Positions 12,815 to 23,420 of a stretch of DNA of 64,000 nucleotides are shown piece by piece (the first letter of the stretch is position 1; each line of letters opens with the position of its first letter). The notes beneath the pieces were generated by a model. That model was not told where the DNA came from. It ran no database searches and saw nothing but the letters and a program-made list of their open reading frames with translations. Source of the stretch: Mobula birostris (taxonomy: Eukaryota). The stretch spans positions 24,235,821 to 24,299,820 of the forward strand of contig NC_092379.1 in assembly GCF_030028105.1 (NCBI RefSeq), read 5' to 3'. Made by a program: the position numbers and the translations under genes.

Positions 12815-14512
12815 TTAAATTACTTCTTCTAAAGAGCCGCTTTGTTTGGGGATTAAGGGAGAGACCTTATCAGTAGACCTGGCCAAAACAATAGCCTTCT
12901 CCCATCTGATCGAACCCATACTATTCTTTTCAAACTGTTTTTTTTTTTCTCCTATCAGGGGGCCCCTAGTTTCATTGATTTCCACGGTAACACCGACTAG
13001 GTTTGTTAGCATATCAAAAGCCTGTGACCGTCTCAGTTCGCGTCGGTCATGATCAATAACATCCTTCCCCCTGTGCAGACGGTAAACCTCTTTCATGATT
13101 CCACCAACTGTTTCCTCCAGCACCGCAAAATGTCCACCGGGGGGGGGGGGTACCTCGTGGGCCATGTTAAAAACCTCATCCCCATAACCCTTTTGCACCA
13201 CCCCCCACTCCTCATCTGCGGGCACTGTACTTGGTTTCCCTTGCTTCCTTAGCACTTCCTCCCCCACACAATAGCCTAGTAGTTCCCTTGTCAAGTCTGT
13301 GTCAGAGAGAACTGTCCCTGCCGAAAGCATCAGCCCCTCGTCTCGCTCCTGCGTCTGCACAAATTCTTTCCTGGCTACTGCTACGTCTGTTCCAGCTCCC
13401 TCACTACCTCTTGTCTCACCACACTCCTTCTTTTCATTTTCTACCCCCTTCTCGTACAAGGTTGGCAGAAAAGTTTCAGCTAAATTTACCACCGCAGCTA
13501 AATTCACTACCGCAGCCCCATGATGAACCTGTGAGTCCATGGGCGGGGCCTCACTGCTGGCAGGCTGACCTGTCAATCTCACGATTGGGAACACGATTCC
13601 CCCGTCGACGTCATTACCGAGAAAGACTTCCACGCCTTTCATCGGTAATTCGAACCTCACCACGATCGTGACTAGTCCAGAGACCAGGTTGCTTTGTAAG
13701 TGTATCTGTTGCAAAGGGACTGACTCTGTCCCTTCCCCAACACCTTTGACCTCTACCTCCCCAGTCTGGGTCTCTGAGCTGAACTCTAATACACTTTTCA
13801 GTATTAGTGACTGACACGCTCCCGTGTCTCTCCAGATCCGCACTGGAACTGGTTTTAACCCCTCCTTCACTGACACCAATCCTGCCGAGATAAACCTCTC
13901 GCGCCCTTCCTGAACTTTGGCAGACCTGTCCTTCCCTAGCGGTTCGCTTATCAGCTCGATACAGCCATTCAAAATCGCTGCCTTCCCTTTTCCCGTCTCC
14001 TTCTTTGGGATAAAGCACCTGGACGCAAAGTGTCCGACTTTCCCGCAATTATAACAGAAGACCCCAGGAGACATCCTACCAGACTGCTCCCGGTCTACCT
14101 TATCCTTGTCATTAGTCCCCGGCTTACTTTCTGACTTTTCCGGCGGACTCTCCCCGCCGTCCTGACTACCCTTCTGGTAGCCTTTACTCGGGGCAAACTT
14201 CATTTTATGCGTCAACGCATACTCATCCGCTAACTTAGCAGTTGCGGCTAACGTGTCTGCCTCTTCCTCATCGAGGTAGGGTCTCATACCCTCAGGGACA
14301 CAACTTTTAAACTGCTCAATCACGATCGGCTGTAGCAGTCTATAATAATCCCCCTCTACCCTATTTGAGGCGCACCAACGCTCACAATATGCCTGCATCT
14401 CACGGGCAAACTCCAAATACGTGCGGTCCCACTGCTTCCTCGCATTCCGGAACCTCTGCCGGTATGCCTCCGGGACCAACTCATAGATCCTGAGGATGGC
14501 CTCTTTCACCAC
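12815..14512 (-). CDS. Gypsy gag-pro ORF fragment: SCAN-like domain, CCHC knuckle, aspartic protease, integrase Zn-binding remnant
   Basis: EAYRQRFR...EQFKSCVP...LADEY (SCAN-like); CYNCGKVGHFASRC; RDTG protease motif; MAHEVPPPPGGHFAV...KDV (H2C2 remnant). Confidence 0.88.
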   Translation of the reverse strand: MVKEAILRIYELVPEAYRQRFRNARKQWDRTYLEFAREMQAYCERWCASNRVEGDYYRLLQPIVIEQFKSCVPEGMRPYLDEEEADTLAATAKLADEYALTHKMKFAPSKGYQKGSQDGGESPPEKSESKPGTNDKDKVDREQSGRMSPGVFCYNCGKVGHFASRCFIPKKETGKGKAAILNGCIELISEPLGKDRSAKVQEGRERFISAGLVSVKEGLKPVPVRIWRDTGACQSLILKSVLEFSSETQTGEVEVKGVGEGTESVPLQQIHLQSNLVSGLVTIVVRFELPMKGVEVFLGNDVDGGIVFPIVRLTGQPASSEAPPMDSQVHHGAAVVNLAAVVNLAETFLPTLYEKGVENEKKECGETRGSEGAGTDVAVARKEFVQTQERDEGLMLSAGTVLSDTDLTRELLGYCVGEEVLRKQGKPSTVPADEEWGVVQKGYGDEVFNMAHEVPPPPGGHFAVLEETVGGIMKEVYRLHRGKDVIDHDRRELRRSQAFDMLTNLVGVTVEINETRGPLIGEKKKQFEKNSMGSIRWEKAIVLARSTDKVSPLIPKQSGSLEEVI

Positions 14513-14622
14513 CTCATACCTTTAGGCATCTTCCGCGGACAAAGCAGAGTAAGCTTCTTGGGCTTTCCCTTTCAGTACACTCTGAAACAAAACCACCCAC
14601 TTATCCCTCGGCCAGTCCTGAC

Positions 14623-14843
14623 TTATAGCCACTTTCTCGAAATGGAGAAAGTACCGACCACGTCGGTATCGTCAAATGGGGGAACCAGACTAACCTCCTG
14701 GATCGCGCGGAACCCTCCACCTTGGTTCGGAACGAGCCTCTGCTCGGCACTTATCTTTAATTTCTCCAGCTCAAACTCCCTTTCCCTCGCCTCGCTCTCT
14801 CTTCTCGCTCCCATTGCCTCTCTTTCTCTTCTCTCTCCAACTG

Positions 14844-14874
<31 letters not shown>

Positions 14875-15210
14875 AAACTGTCTCTCTCTCTCTTGCCTTT
14901 CTACCTCTCTCTCCTTCTCTTCTCGCTCCAACTGTCGTACGCAGAACTCGTGCTCGAGCCTCAGTTTTTCGAGCTGCACCTCTACCGCGTCTCCAGCAGG
15001 TTTTTCAATAGACACCACCCCCAGCTCGCCTTGGGGAAACACACCTTTAGATAAATAGTGCTCTACAATAGCTCTGTGTATCTCCTCTCTTCTCATTGTC
15101 GACTTCCCCTAAGCAAGATTCAACCGTTTGGCCACAGCTACCAATTCCGATTTCCTGGCATCCTCTAATGCCTCCAAGGTCGGCGCCTTTATAAATTCCT
15201 CAGCCTCCAT
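14623..15210 (-). pseudogene. Gypsy A gag N-terminus (disrupted)
   Basis: ATG at 15210 (MEAEEFIK...). In-frame TAG where copy B has AAG; frameshift near 14660 relative to copy B. Confidence 0.8.
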
Positions 15211-15287
15211 TTCTGCTGTTTGTCTTTTCTTTCTTTCGGGAATTTTAACCCAATCAATTTACTCCGTCCCCAAATTTAGCGTTCAAA

Positions 15288-15306
15288 ATCGCGGACGAGA
15301 ACCCCA
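15288..15306 (-). other. Primer-binding site, tRNA-Pro-like
   Basis: TGGGGTTCTCGTCCGCGAT, 4 nt after the 5' LTR, versus TGGGGGCTCGTCCGGGAT (complement of the tRNA-Pro 3' end). Confidence 0.75.
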
Positions 15307-15310
15307 CTTA

Positions 15311-16172
15311 TGTTACGTACCCCGTAACTGGGTTGCCAAACCAGCAGAAATGGATCGCTCAGTTGGAGTCTGGATTACTAGAACTATGAAAGTTTTATTA
15401 AAGAAACAAGCAACACAGTAATCGAAAGGATAATAAATGCAACAGTTCAGCAATGATAAACACACACGTGTACAGAATTAAGATAACAGGATCAATCAAG
15501 CTCTATCATTGCCTCGGGTAAATGACCAATTTCAAAGTGACACACAAAGTCAAGTTCAATTTCGTTCAGTTCGCAGTAATCGTTGCCATTGCGATGGACA
15601 ATGTGGGGGGAGGGAGAGAGAGAACGAGAACGACTGATCATTCAGAACGGCTTCCACTCACAGACCGGCGATATTGCTCACAAGCAGCTTTCGGGCGGGT
15701 CCTTTCTGATGTCACCTGAGGTAACCGACTGTGACCCCTCCTCCAGATGCGGTCGATCCTCTGCAGTGAACCCGGTACCCAAGCGAGGGTGGACACACAC
15801 CGGGTTACCGCTGATCGTACCTTTCGACCCTGTGCGTTTGTGGCCCGGTACTTCCCACCGACTCGTGAGAGGCGCACCGCTTCCAGGGTCTCATTAACTC
15901 GGGTGTCGTGTGTGTCCTGCCTTAGCGGACTTGTCCCTTTTTATCTCCCTGCTGGGGTATCGCCTGTCCAGCGCTTCAAACATTTCAGAGTTCAAAGGGG
16001 GAACCGCTCTAGACAATACGCAGACAGATGGCTCCTTCATTAATATCTCCAAATGCTGCTTCATTGTTTCTTATCTCTCCCTCCCCTGAGGACAGATGGC
16101 AGATCAACTGCTGATGCCACTGTTGCTAGCCCAGGCCAGCAAACATCTTAATTTATGTGTATTCTCGTCACA
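15311..16172 (-). repeat. 5' LTR (862 bp) of Gypsy A
   Basis: Direct repeat of 11121-12077 lacking its internal duplication; followed by TSD CCTG. Confidence 0.92.
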
Positions 16173-16452
16173 CCTGTCACATACAATAATCTCAACACGT
16201 GTGAACATGATGCTTTTTGCGGACCGGCAACAGCTGCAACCTAGATTTCCATCCTAAGCTTAGCACTTCCCGGCGTGTGGATTAGAGAGGCTGCGTTAGT
16301 GTTTGCCATCCACCAGAAACACAGTCTAATTGTTTTGGGCTTTTCACTGCCTAGAAGTGGCAATATGGCATAGTAGTCGATCAAGTTTTCTTCCTGACAA
16401 AGCTAAAAAAAAGTGGCCTGTCCCCTAAAACCCTCACTATTTTTTTTTTTTT

Positions 16453-17000
16453 TTAGATGCACCGTAGAAAGCATTCTTCTAGGGTGCATCACAAGCTGGT
16501 ATGGAAGTTGTCCCGTCGAAGTCCGAAAGAAGCTGCAGAAGATAATGAACACGGCGCTGCACATCACACAAACCAATCTTCCGTCCTTGTACTCACTTTA
16601 CACCGCACGTTCTCGGAGCAGTGCTGCCAGAATAATCAAGGCTACGACCCACCCAGCCAACACACTTTTCGTCCCTCTTCCCTCCGGGAGAAGGCTCAGG
16701 AGCTTGAAGACTCGTACGGACAGATTTGTGAACAGCTTCTTTCCAACTGTGATAAGACTGCTGAACGGATCCTGACCGGGATCTGGGCCTTACCCTCCAA
16801 ATATCCTGATACGCCTCTATATGTTTTTTTTTGTTTTTGCACTACCTTACTTTCTATTTTCTATTTATGATTGATAATATTTTTTTTAATATTTACTATT
16901 GATTTGTACTCCAGAGAGCGGGAAGAACAGAATCAAATATCGCTGTGATGATTGTACGTGTTATTATCATTTGTTTGGCGACAATAAGCTATAAGGTATG
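16453..17000 (+). mobile_element. Rex1/Babar LINE 3' fragment (copy A)
   Basis: RCTVESILLGCITSWYG...LPSGRRLRSLKTRT..FVNSFFPTVIRLLN, the Rex1-type RT C-terminus. Confidence 0.8.
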
Positions 17001-17714
17001 ATTTGACTCTGGAAACCAGTAACGCGGAGATTAAGTAGTCTGCCTGCGCTGCTCGTCTGTCGGGACCCAGATTCTGTTCAGCTCCCCACCGCCGTGGTCC
17101 ATATCCCGGTGCTTCACCGTAGTTCGCAAGCCGCCTTTATCCCATCCAGCCCGAAACGAGTTGAATCCCCGAGTCAGTCAGCGGACACCTGAAACTTCCG
17201 GCCCCTCACTTCTGTGCCTGGGTGTCCCGCTCAGTGACTCTCGATCTTGGCCATCCTTGTCCTGACATAGAGAGGATATGATCAAACGGGAATTTCACTG
17301 GGCTTCCATTGAGAGCTGTTCCTTGGTTGTACCGTTCGCTTCCAAACAGATCGCCAGTGGAACCTTTATCTAGACCTAGATTATGCACTCGAAACTGATT
17401 GATGGGTCCCAGTGTAACGTCCGACGTAAACACCCGAGTAGCTCAATTTAGATATGTTTGTTGTTTCGTAGCATCTGCGCGATGGCCGGCACCTTAACAA
17501 GTATGTAGGTGTCACCATACCCAACGGCACTTAGCTCCGAACTGCAGTGTGATGTAATCCTGTGAACCCCTCGATCCATCCATCCAACACGTCCTTTCTC
17601 ACAACATGCCTTCCCTTGCGTGGACGACAGACCCTGTCCAGAAATATTGGGATCGAGCTCTGACGATCACTCTTGCCCTTTCCCTCAGCGTTCCAAGGGC
17701 AAGTTCTCTCGGTG

Positions 17715-17753
17715 GGTTTTTGTCTCGACCCAGTCCCAGTCTCTTTTACTGTG
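17715..17753 (-). other. 23-RSS of V-A
   Basis: CACAGTA (17747-17753) + 23 nt + ACAAAAACC (17715-17723). Confidence 0.93.
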
Positions 17754-18205
17754 CCTCTCGCACAGTAATAGGTGCCCGTGTCGTCTAGTCTCAGGTTGTT
17801 CATTTGTAGATAAAAGTTGTTGTTGCTCTTGGGAGCAGTGAACCGGCTCTCGACTCCAGGCGCGTAATTCTTTGTATATTGACTATAATAACATACCAAC
17901 GATTCTAGCCCTATCCTAGAGACCTGTTTCACCCAGCACATGTAGTAGTCGTTGATATTGAAACCACTAACTGCACAGGACAGTCTGTGCGACTCTCCGA
18001 GCTTTGCCACTTCTGAATCGAGTTGTTTCAGCCGGACGTCGGACCGCACGTCTGACAATAAATAGAGAGTAGAAATTAATAAAATGTTGCGGCAACATAG
18101 TTTCCAATGCTCCGAAAAGCCGCCTAACCCAGATGGGTGGCAGGCCGCTGGACACGTACCTGCCAGACAAGACAAGAGAAGACAGAGAGAAAGAACGACA
18201 TCCAT
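17754..18205 (-). CDS. IgH (IgW-like) V gene segment V-A, open frame; leader exon 18160-18205, V exon 17754-18051
   Basis: Leader MDVVLSLCLLLSCLA|D-VRS; GT-AG intron of 108 nt; DVRLKQ...LSC...CW.KQ...YAPGVESRF...YLQMNNL..DDTGTYYCAR, followed directly by the 23-RSS. Confidence 0.93.
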
Positions 18206-18322
18206 CGTACTGAGCATTGAGTCGTACTTCTGAAAATGACGTTTCAGCTCAGGCCGGATTTACCGCGAATAGAAGTGAGCGCTGATTAAATAGAGAGATT
18301 GATTGCGAGTGAGAGAAGAAGC

Positions 18323-18344
18323 CGCAGCTTGAACAGGCTCTCAC
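18323..18344 (-). promoter_or_regulatory. Conserved 22-nt V-promoter motif (V-A)
   Basis: GTGAGAGCCTGTTCAAGCTGCG is identical at all three V genes, about 120 nt upstream of the ATG. Function is inferred. Confidence 0.55.
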
Positions 18345-18929
18345 CAACTGACACCAAAGGCGCAACTTTCTGTCCCCGCCCCAGCAGAGATATCGTTTCT
18401 CTAAAAGATATTTGCCTCTATACATGAGTCAGGGCAGCAGCAGTGACAGACCCGGATTGCGGATCTGTCACTCTCTGTTGAAATGATGAATTCCAGCGTT
18501 CCGAAATATATTTCAACTGAAGTGCAGAGAATCCCAGCGGGAACGAATGAGAGGCACCGTCAGCTGACAAATATCTCACTGGGAGACAGAGACAGAGGGA
18601 CGCCCGTCAGTGGACGGATATCCCCCAGAGACAGGGACTGAAAGACACTGGTCAAGAAGTTGCAGATGGGTGAAAGAGGAATTGGCTGGAATTGACTGGA
18701 AGTGAATAGTGGCAGGGATGGCGGCAGAGCAGCAATAGCTGGAATTTCTGGAAACAATTTGGAAGGTACAGGATGCACAGACCGCAAACAGGAAGAAGCA
18801 TTACAAAGGGAAGATAACACATCCGTGAATAACAAGACGTCAAAGACAACATAAGAGCCTAAGAAGGAGGATATCAAGGAGCATATTGTGGTAAATTTAC
18901 AGATTAGGAATCATTAAAATAACAACAGG

Positions 18930-20365
18930 AGGCAACTAAATGCGATTAAGAAAGTAAAGATGGGACAATTTACTCCACTCTACAAGAACGAAGAAAGGCA
19001 GAAGCAAATAGTAACCATTTAGTCTGGCCTAAACAGTTGGAAAAAATGTTGGAGCCGATTGTTCATGCTGTGATTTTAGGTTATTTAGAAGCACATGCGA
19101 AAATAGGTCGTAGGTGGCGTGATTTTTTTAAGGGAAATTCTTGTCAGACAAATGTGTTGCAATTCTTGAAAAAAATAACATGCAGGATTGACAAAGGAAA
19201 ATTGTTTGATGTTGTGCACATAGCATTTTAGAAGGCCTATGACAAGGTGCTACACATGGGCTGCTTAGCAACGTTCGAACACATGCTATTACAGGAAAGT
19301 TTCAAGCATGGATAAAGCAGTAGCAGGTTGGCAGGATGGAAAAAATCAGAATAAAGGGACCCTTTGCTGGTTGGCTGCCGGCAATTAGTGGTCTTCACAG
19401 GGGTCTGCATTGGGGCCAAAAATTATAAGGTAAACTATGAATGATGTGGATGGACTTGTCCTGAAGTTTCTAGACGATACTTAGGTAAGCAGAGGGACAG
19501 GTAGTTTTGAGGAAGTAAACAGTCTGCAGAAGAAATTGGAGGGATTCTCAGAATGGTCAAACAAGTGGCAGTTGGAATAAAGTGTGGGGAAGTGCATGGT
19601 CAAGCACTTTGGTAGAAGAAATGAAAGGGTTGACTATTTTCTGAACGGAGAAAAAACAGAAAGATCTCAGGCGCAAAATGATTGCGAAACCCTGTGCACG
19701 ATTCACTAAAAGTTACTTTGCAAGTTGAGTCTTTGGTGAGGAGGCAAAATGCATTCTTATCAAATGGAATAGATTATAGAAGCACGGCTGCTATTTTCAG
19801 GCTTTATAAAGCATTGCTAAGGCCACACGCGGAGTTTTCTGATTCCCCCGATTTTCGATTGGGTATGTTGAAACTGGAGGCGGTACCGCGGAGATACACA
19901 AATATAATTCCAGTATTGAACGCCATGTCATATGCAGTGCTTTAGCTTGCTCTGGGCCTGTATTCACTGGAATTCAGAAGAATGAAGGGTGACCTCTTTG
20001 AAATTTTTCGAATGGTGGTGGGTGATTACAGAGTAGATGCGGAGAGGATGTTTCTTTGAATGTCTCAGAACAGAGGAGAAACCCGCAGATTGGCATCCTT
20101 TTAGAAAGGAGATGAGGAGGATTTACTTTTGCCAGAGAGCTGTGAATCTGTAAAGTACATTGTCCCAGGTAACTGTGGATTCCACGTCGTTGTGTATATT
20201 TAAGAAAGAAATTAATAGATACTAGATTGGTAAGGAGATGAAGGGATACCAGGAAAAGGCAGGGAATTGGGGCAGAGAGGGAAAACCGATATGTCATGAT
20301 GAAATAGCGGAACAGACCCGGTGGCTTAAATGAGCTAATTCTCCTCCACTATCTCATGGTCTTAT
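18930..20365 (+). mobile_element. CR1 LINE 3' part inserted in the V-A upstream region
   Basis: Fragments LEPIV..VILGYLE, FDVVHIAF, FRLYKALLRPH, LGLYSLEFRRMKGDL; tail ctcatggtcttatga. Confidence 0.85.
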
Positions 20366-21379
20366 GATCAGTACATAAATATCACCCGAAGAGACAAGGA
20401 CTGAGCGAGACCAGTCCTTAAACGGATATCCAACTGAGAGACAGGAACCAAGAAAGTTAGCAGTGGACACATATCTCCCAGATATACGGGGACGTAGACA
20501 GCAGTCAGTGGGCAGATATGCCTCTGATAGACAGGGGAAAACACACAAATGTCAAAGGGCAGATGTCCTCCTTAGGGGCATGGTCTAAGAGACAGCGGTG
20601 TATACCGGAAGAAAAATGTATTAAGCAACAAAAAAAAAATTAACATGCAATCTTCTGTCCTTACCCATATCAGGCGAAGCAAAATTAAGCACAGGTCCCT
20701 GGGTAAAAATGGTTGTAATATAGACGGATACGAAATATTCATTTTCAGAGACCTGACAGCATTATTTTCACCGCCAAGCACTATGCACGTACACCCTAAC
20801 CAGTGTTCGAAATCTCTTTGATATATTTCAGCCGGTGGGAGAAGCATAACGTTTGATGTATGGAGCTCAGAAGCCAATTATGAGATGTAGTTGTTGCTGG
20901 TAACAGTACACTTCTCAGATGATTTGCAGACAAGCTAGGCTTCTCCGTTGTTGAAAGGAAACTCACTTTAGAGGGCATTCAAGTTGTAGATCAGTAGGGT
21001 GGGTAATTTTGTTTATCCAGCCTGCTGATGGCAGTACTGCGAGTACAGATATTGTATTCGTACTCAAATATAAACTGCACTGATAGACTTAATAGTCGAA
21101 CCAACGCTCAATAGTGACTCAGTAGCATTTATGACTTAATGACAAACTGTAGTCACGGCTGGAAGGTGCCACCCACATTATAAATAGCATATTCTCTTAA
21201 ACAACAGTGAAATATAGGCACACAGTGCTGCTGGCTGAGGAGTCAATGCTCTACTGATAGTGGGAATTCTGCAAATCTTTAACATCCAGTTGACACACGA
21301 ACCCATCATGACAGGAATCAAGCTAGTGAACATTACACTTTCCTCCAAAAGGACGATACATTTATCGAGGGATTGGAGG

Positions 21380-21860
21380 CTTAGGTCTTAGCTGGAGTCA
21401 GGACATGGTACTTTTTCTCTTGGTCGGGTCACCCATGCCAAACAGGGCAAAGGGTAAAGACCATATTAAGAGTGGTCCTCTGATTTTCTAGATTCGGAGG
21501 TTCAGCCCAAGGCTAAGAACCCTGAATGGTCAGAAACAAATTGTTCCGGAAACAGCAAGGAGGAATCCTTCTATACCTCTGTCCTTAGTCTCAACCAGGG
21601 ATTTGCATGACTGAAAAGAGTGAAAAAGGAGAGGAACCTACTGGCAAGACGAAGGAAGCCCTGACCAACACGAAGATCAGGAACGAAATTGTTTTTTCGC
21701 AGTGTAGAAAGCAGTAGCCTCCGGAAGATCGCAGTGCCGTAGGGACGGCAATGAGGACCCTGTATGTCACTTGGGGCATTATAGATAATTTGGCCAAGGT
21801 CCGAAAAAGATAGAGCACCTTCATTGCTGACATAAACGACAGCAGCGCAACAGGTAGCAA
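21380..21860 (+). mobile_element. RTE-derived element (5' segment joined to ORF2 C-terminus), copy A
   Basis: ...MRTLYVTWGIIDNLAKVRKR*STFIAD resembles the RTE C-terminal TW..A.DR..WR motif. Confidence 0.5.
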
Positions 21861-22176
21861 TTAACTGAATTTCACTCAATTTTCACTCAAGTGATCCGCC
21901 TTTGCCCCATATTCTGTCAGTAGAAAGAGTTCCGTCGGACCTAGTAGCTAAGCCACACGAGAAGTTCGAGAGTTGGACTTGGCTGTCAGAGGCTGTTGGA
22001 GTCGCACGTGAATTGGAGCACTTTATCGGAAGTGGGGACTTATACCCTCAACCACCCCCGGTTATGACAAACTTCGGAACCTGCAAATCAGATGTTGAGT
22101 GTACCTGCTCAGGGAATCACCGGTCCCTTTGCAACTCGCATTGTTTTCTGTATTTTCTTTCTATTTAGAAAATAAT

Positions 22177-23420
22177 CAATCCTTTCATTTCTTCCAGCAA
22201 AGTACATGAACATACGCTTCCCGACGCTATATTGCATCTGCAATTTCTTTGCCCATTCGCCTAATCTGATTAAGTCCTGCTGTATCCCCTCTGCTTCCTC
22301 ATACCACCTGCTCCTCCAACTACCTTCACATCTACTGCAGACATTTCAACAACACTATCAATTTCATCATCTAACTCATTGGCAGATAACGTTAAAAGAA
22401 TCCATATCAACTCAGATCCCTGTGAAACGACACTAGTCACCGGCAGCCAGCCAGAAAAGGCTTACTTTATTCCCACTGTTTGCCTCCTGCCAATCAGCCA
22501 CGGATTTATCAATGCTAATATCTTTCATGTAAAATCTTGGGCCTATAACTTGTTAACCAGCCTCAAGTGTAGCACCTTGTAAAAGGCCTTCTGAAACTGC
22601 AAGTTCACAACGTCAACTGATTCTCTTCTGTCTCTCCTGCTCAATAATTCTTCAAATACATTCAACAAATTTGTCAGGCAAGATTTTCCCTTAAGTAAAC
22701 AATGCTGACAAAGTCCTATTTTGTCATGTGCCTTCAAGTACCCTGAGACCTCATCCTTAAAAATCGACTACAACATTTTGCGAACCACTGTGGTCTCACT
22801 AACTGACCTATTGTATCTCTTCTTTTGCCTCCCTCCCTTCTTGAAGAGAGGAGTGACATTTGCAATTCTCCAGTCTTTCGGAACCATTCCAGGATCTAAT
22901 GATTTTTGAATTCTCATTCCCGATGCTTCCAGAATCTCTTCAGCCTCCTCTTTAAGAACTCTGCGATGTATGCCACCTGTTCCAGGCGATCTAGCAACCT
23001 TCTTCCCTTTCTGTATCCCAAGAACCTCTTCTCTGGTTATGGTAAATTCACACACTTCATGTTCCCTGGAACATCCATCATACAGCTAGTATCTTCCACA
23101 GACAAGACTAATGCAAAATGCTTATCTGCTTTGTCCGCCCTTTCGTTTTCCCCAATTACTACCTGTCCAGCATTCTTTTCCAGCTGACAGATCTACATTC
23201 TTGCCTGTCTATTACACATTCGTTATCTGAAGAAACATTTACTCTTTAATATTTTTGGCGAGCTTAATTTTTCATTCCATATATAACTGCTTAGTGGCTT
23301 TTTAGTTGCCTTCTGCTTGTATTTGAAAGTTTCCAATCCTCCAACTTCCCAATAATTTTGCTCTATTACATGCCTGAATTTTGGTTTTCCGTTCGCTGTG
23401 ACTGCTCTTGCTAGCCACAG
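22177..23420 (-). mobile_element. CR1 LINE ORF2 fragment (copy B)
   Basis: ORFs 22768-23055 and 22543-22737 (KGKSCLTNLLNVFEE...FQKAFYKV) are CR1 RT. Confidence 0.85.

Larger units (their letters stand above)
11121..16172 (-). mobile_element. Internally deleted Ty3/Gypsy (Gmr1-like) LTR retrotransposon, copy A
   Basis: Two LTRs with TG...CA ends; 4-bp TSD CCTG (11117-11120, 16173-16176); PBS, PPT, gag, protease, and IN/RT/RH remnants. Confidence 0.93.
7259..21880. repeat. 14.6-kb tandem segmental duplication, copy A
   Basis: Starts caagtgatccgcctttgcccca, same as 21888; ends ttaactgaatttcactcaat, same as 36449. ORFs recur at offsets of about 14570-14630 throughout. Confidence 0.97.
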
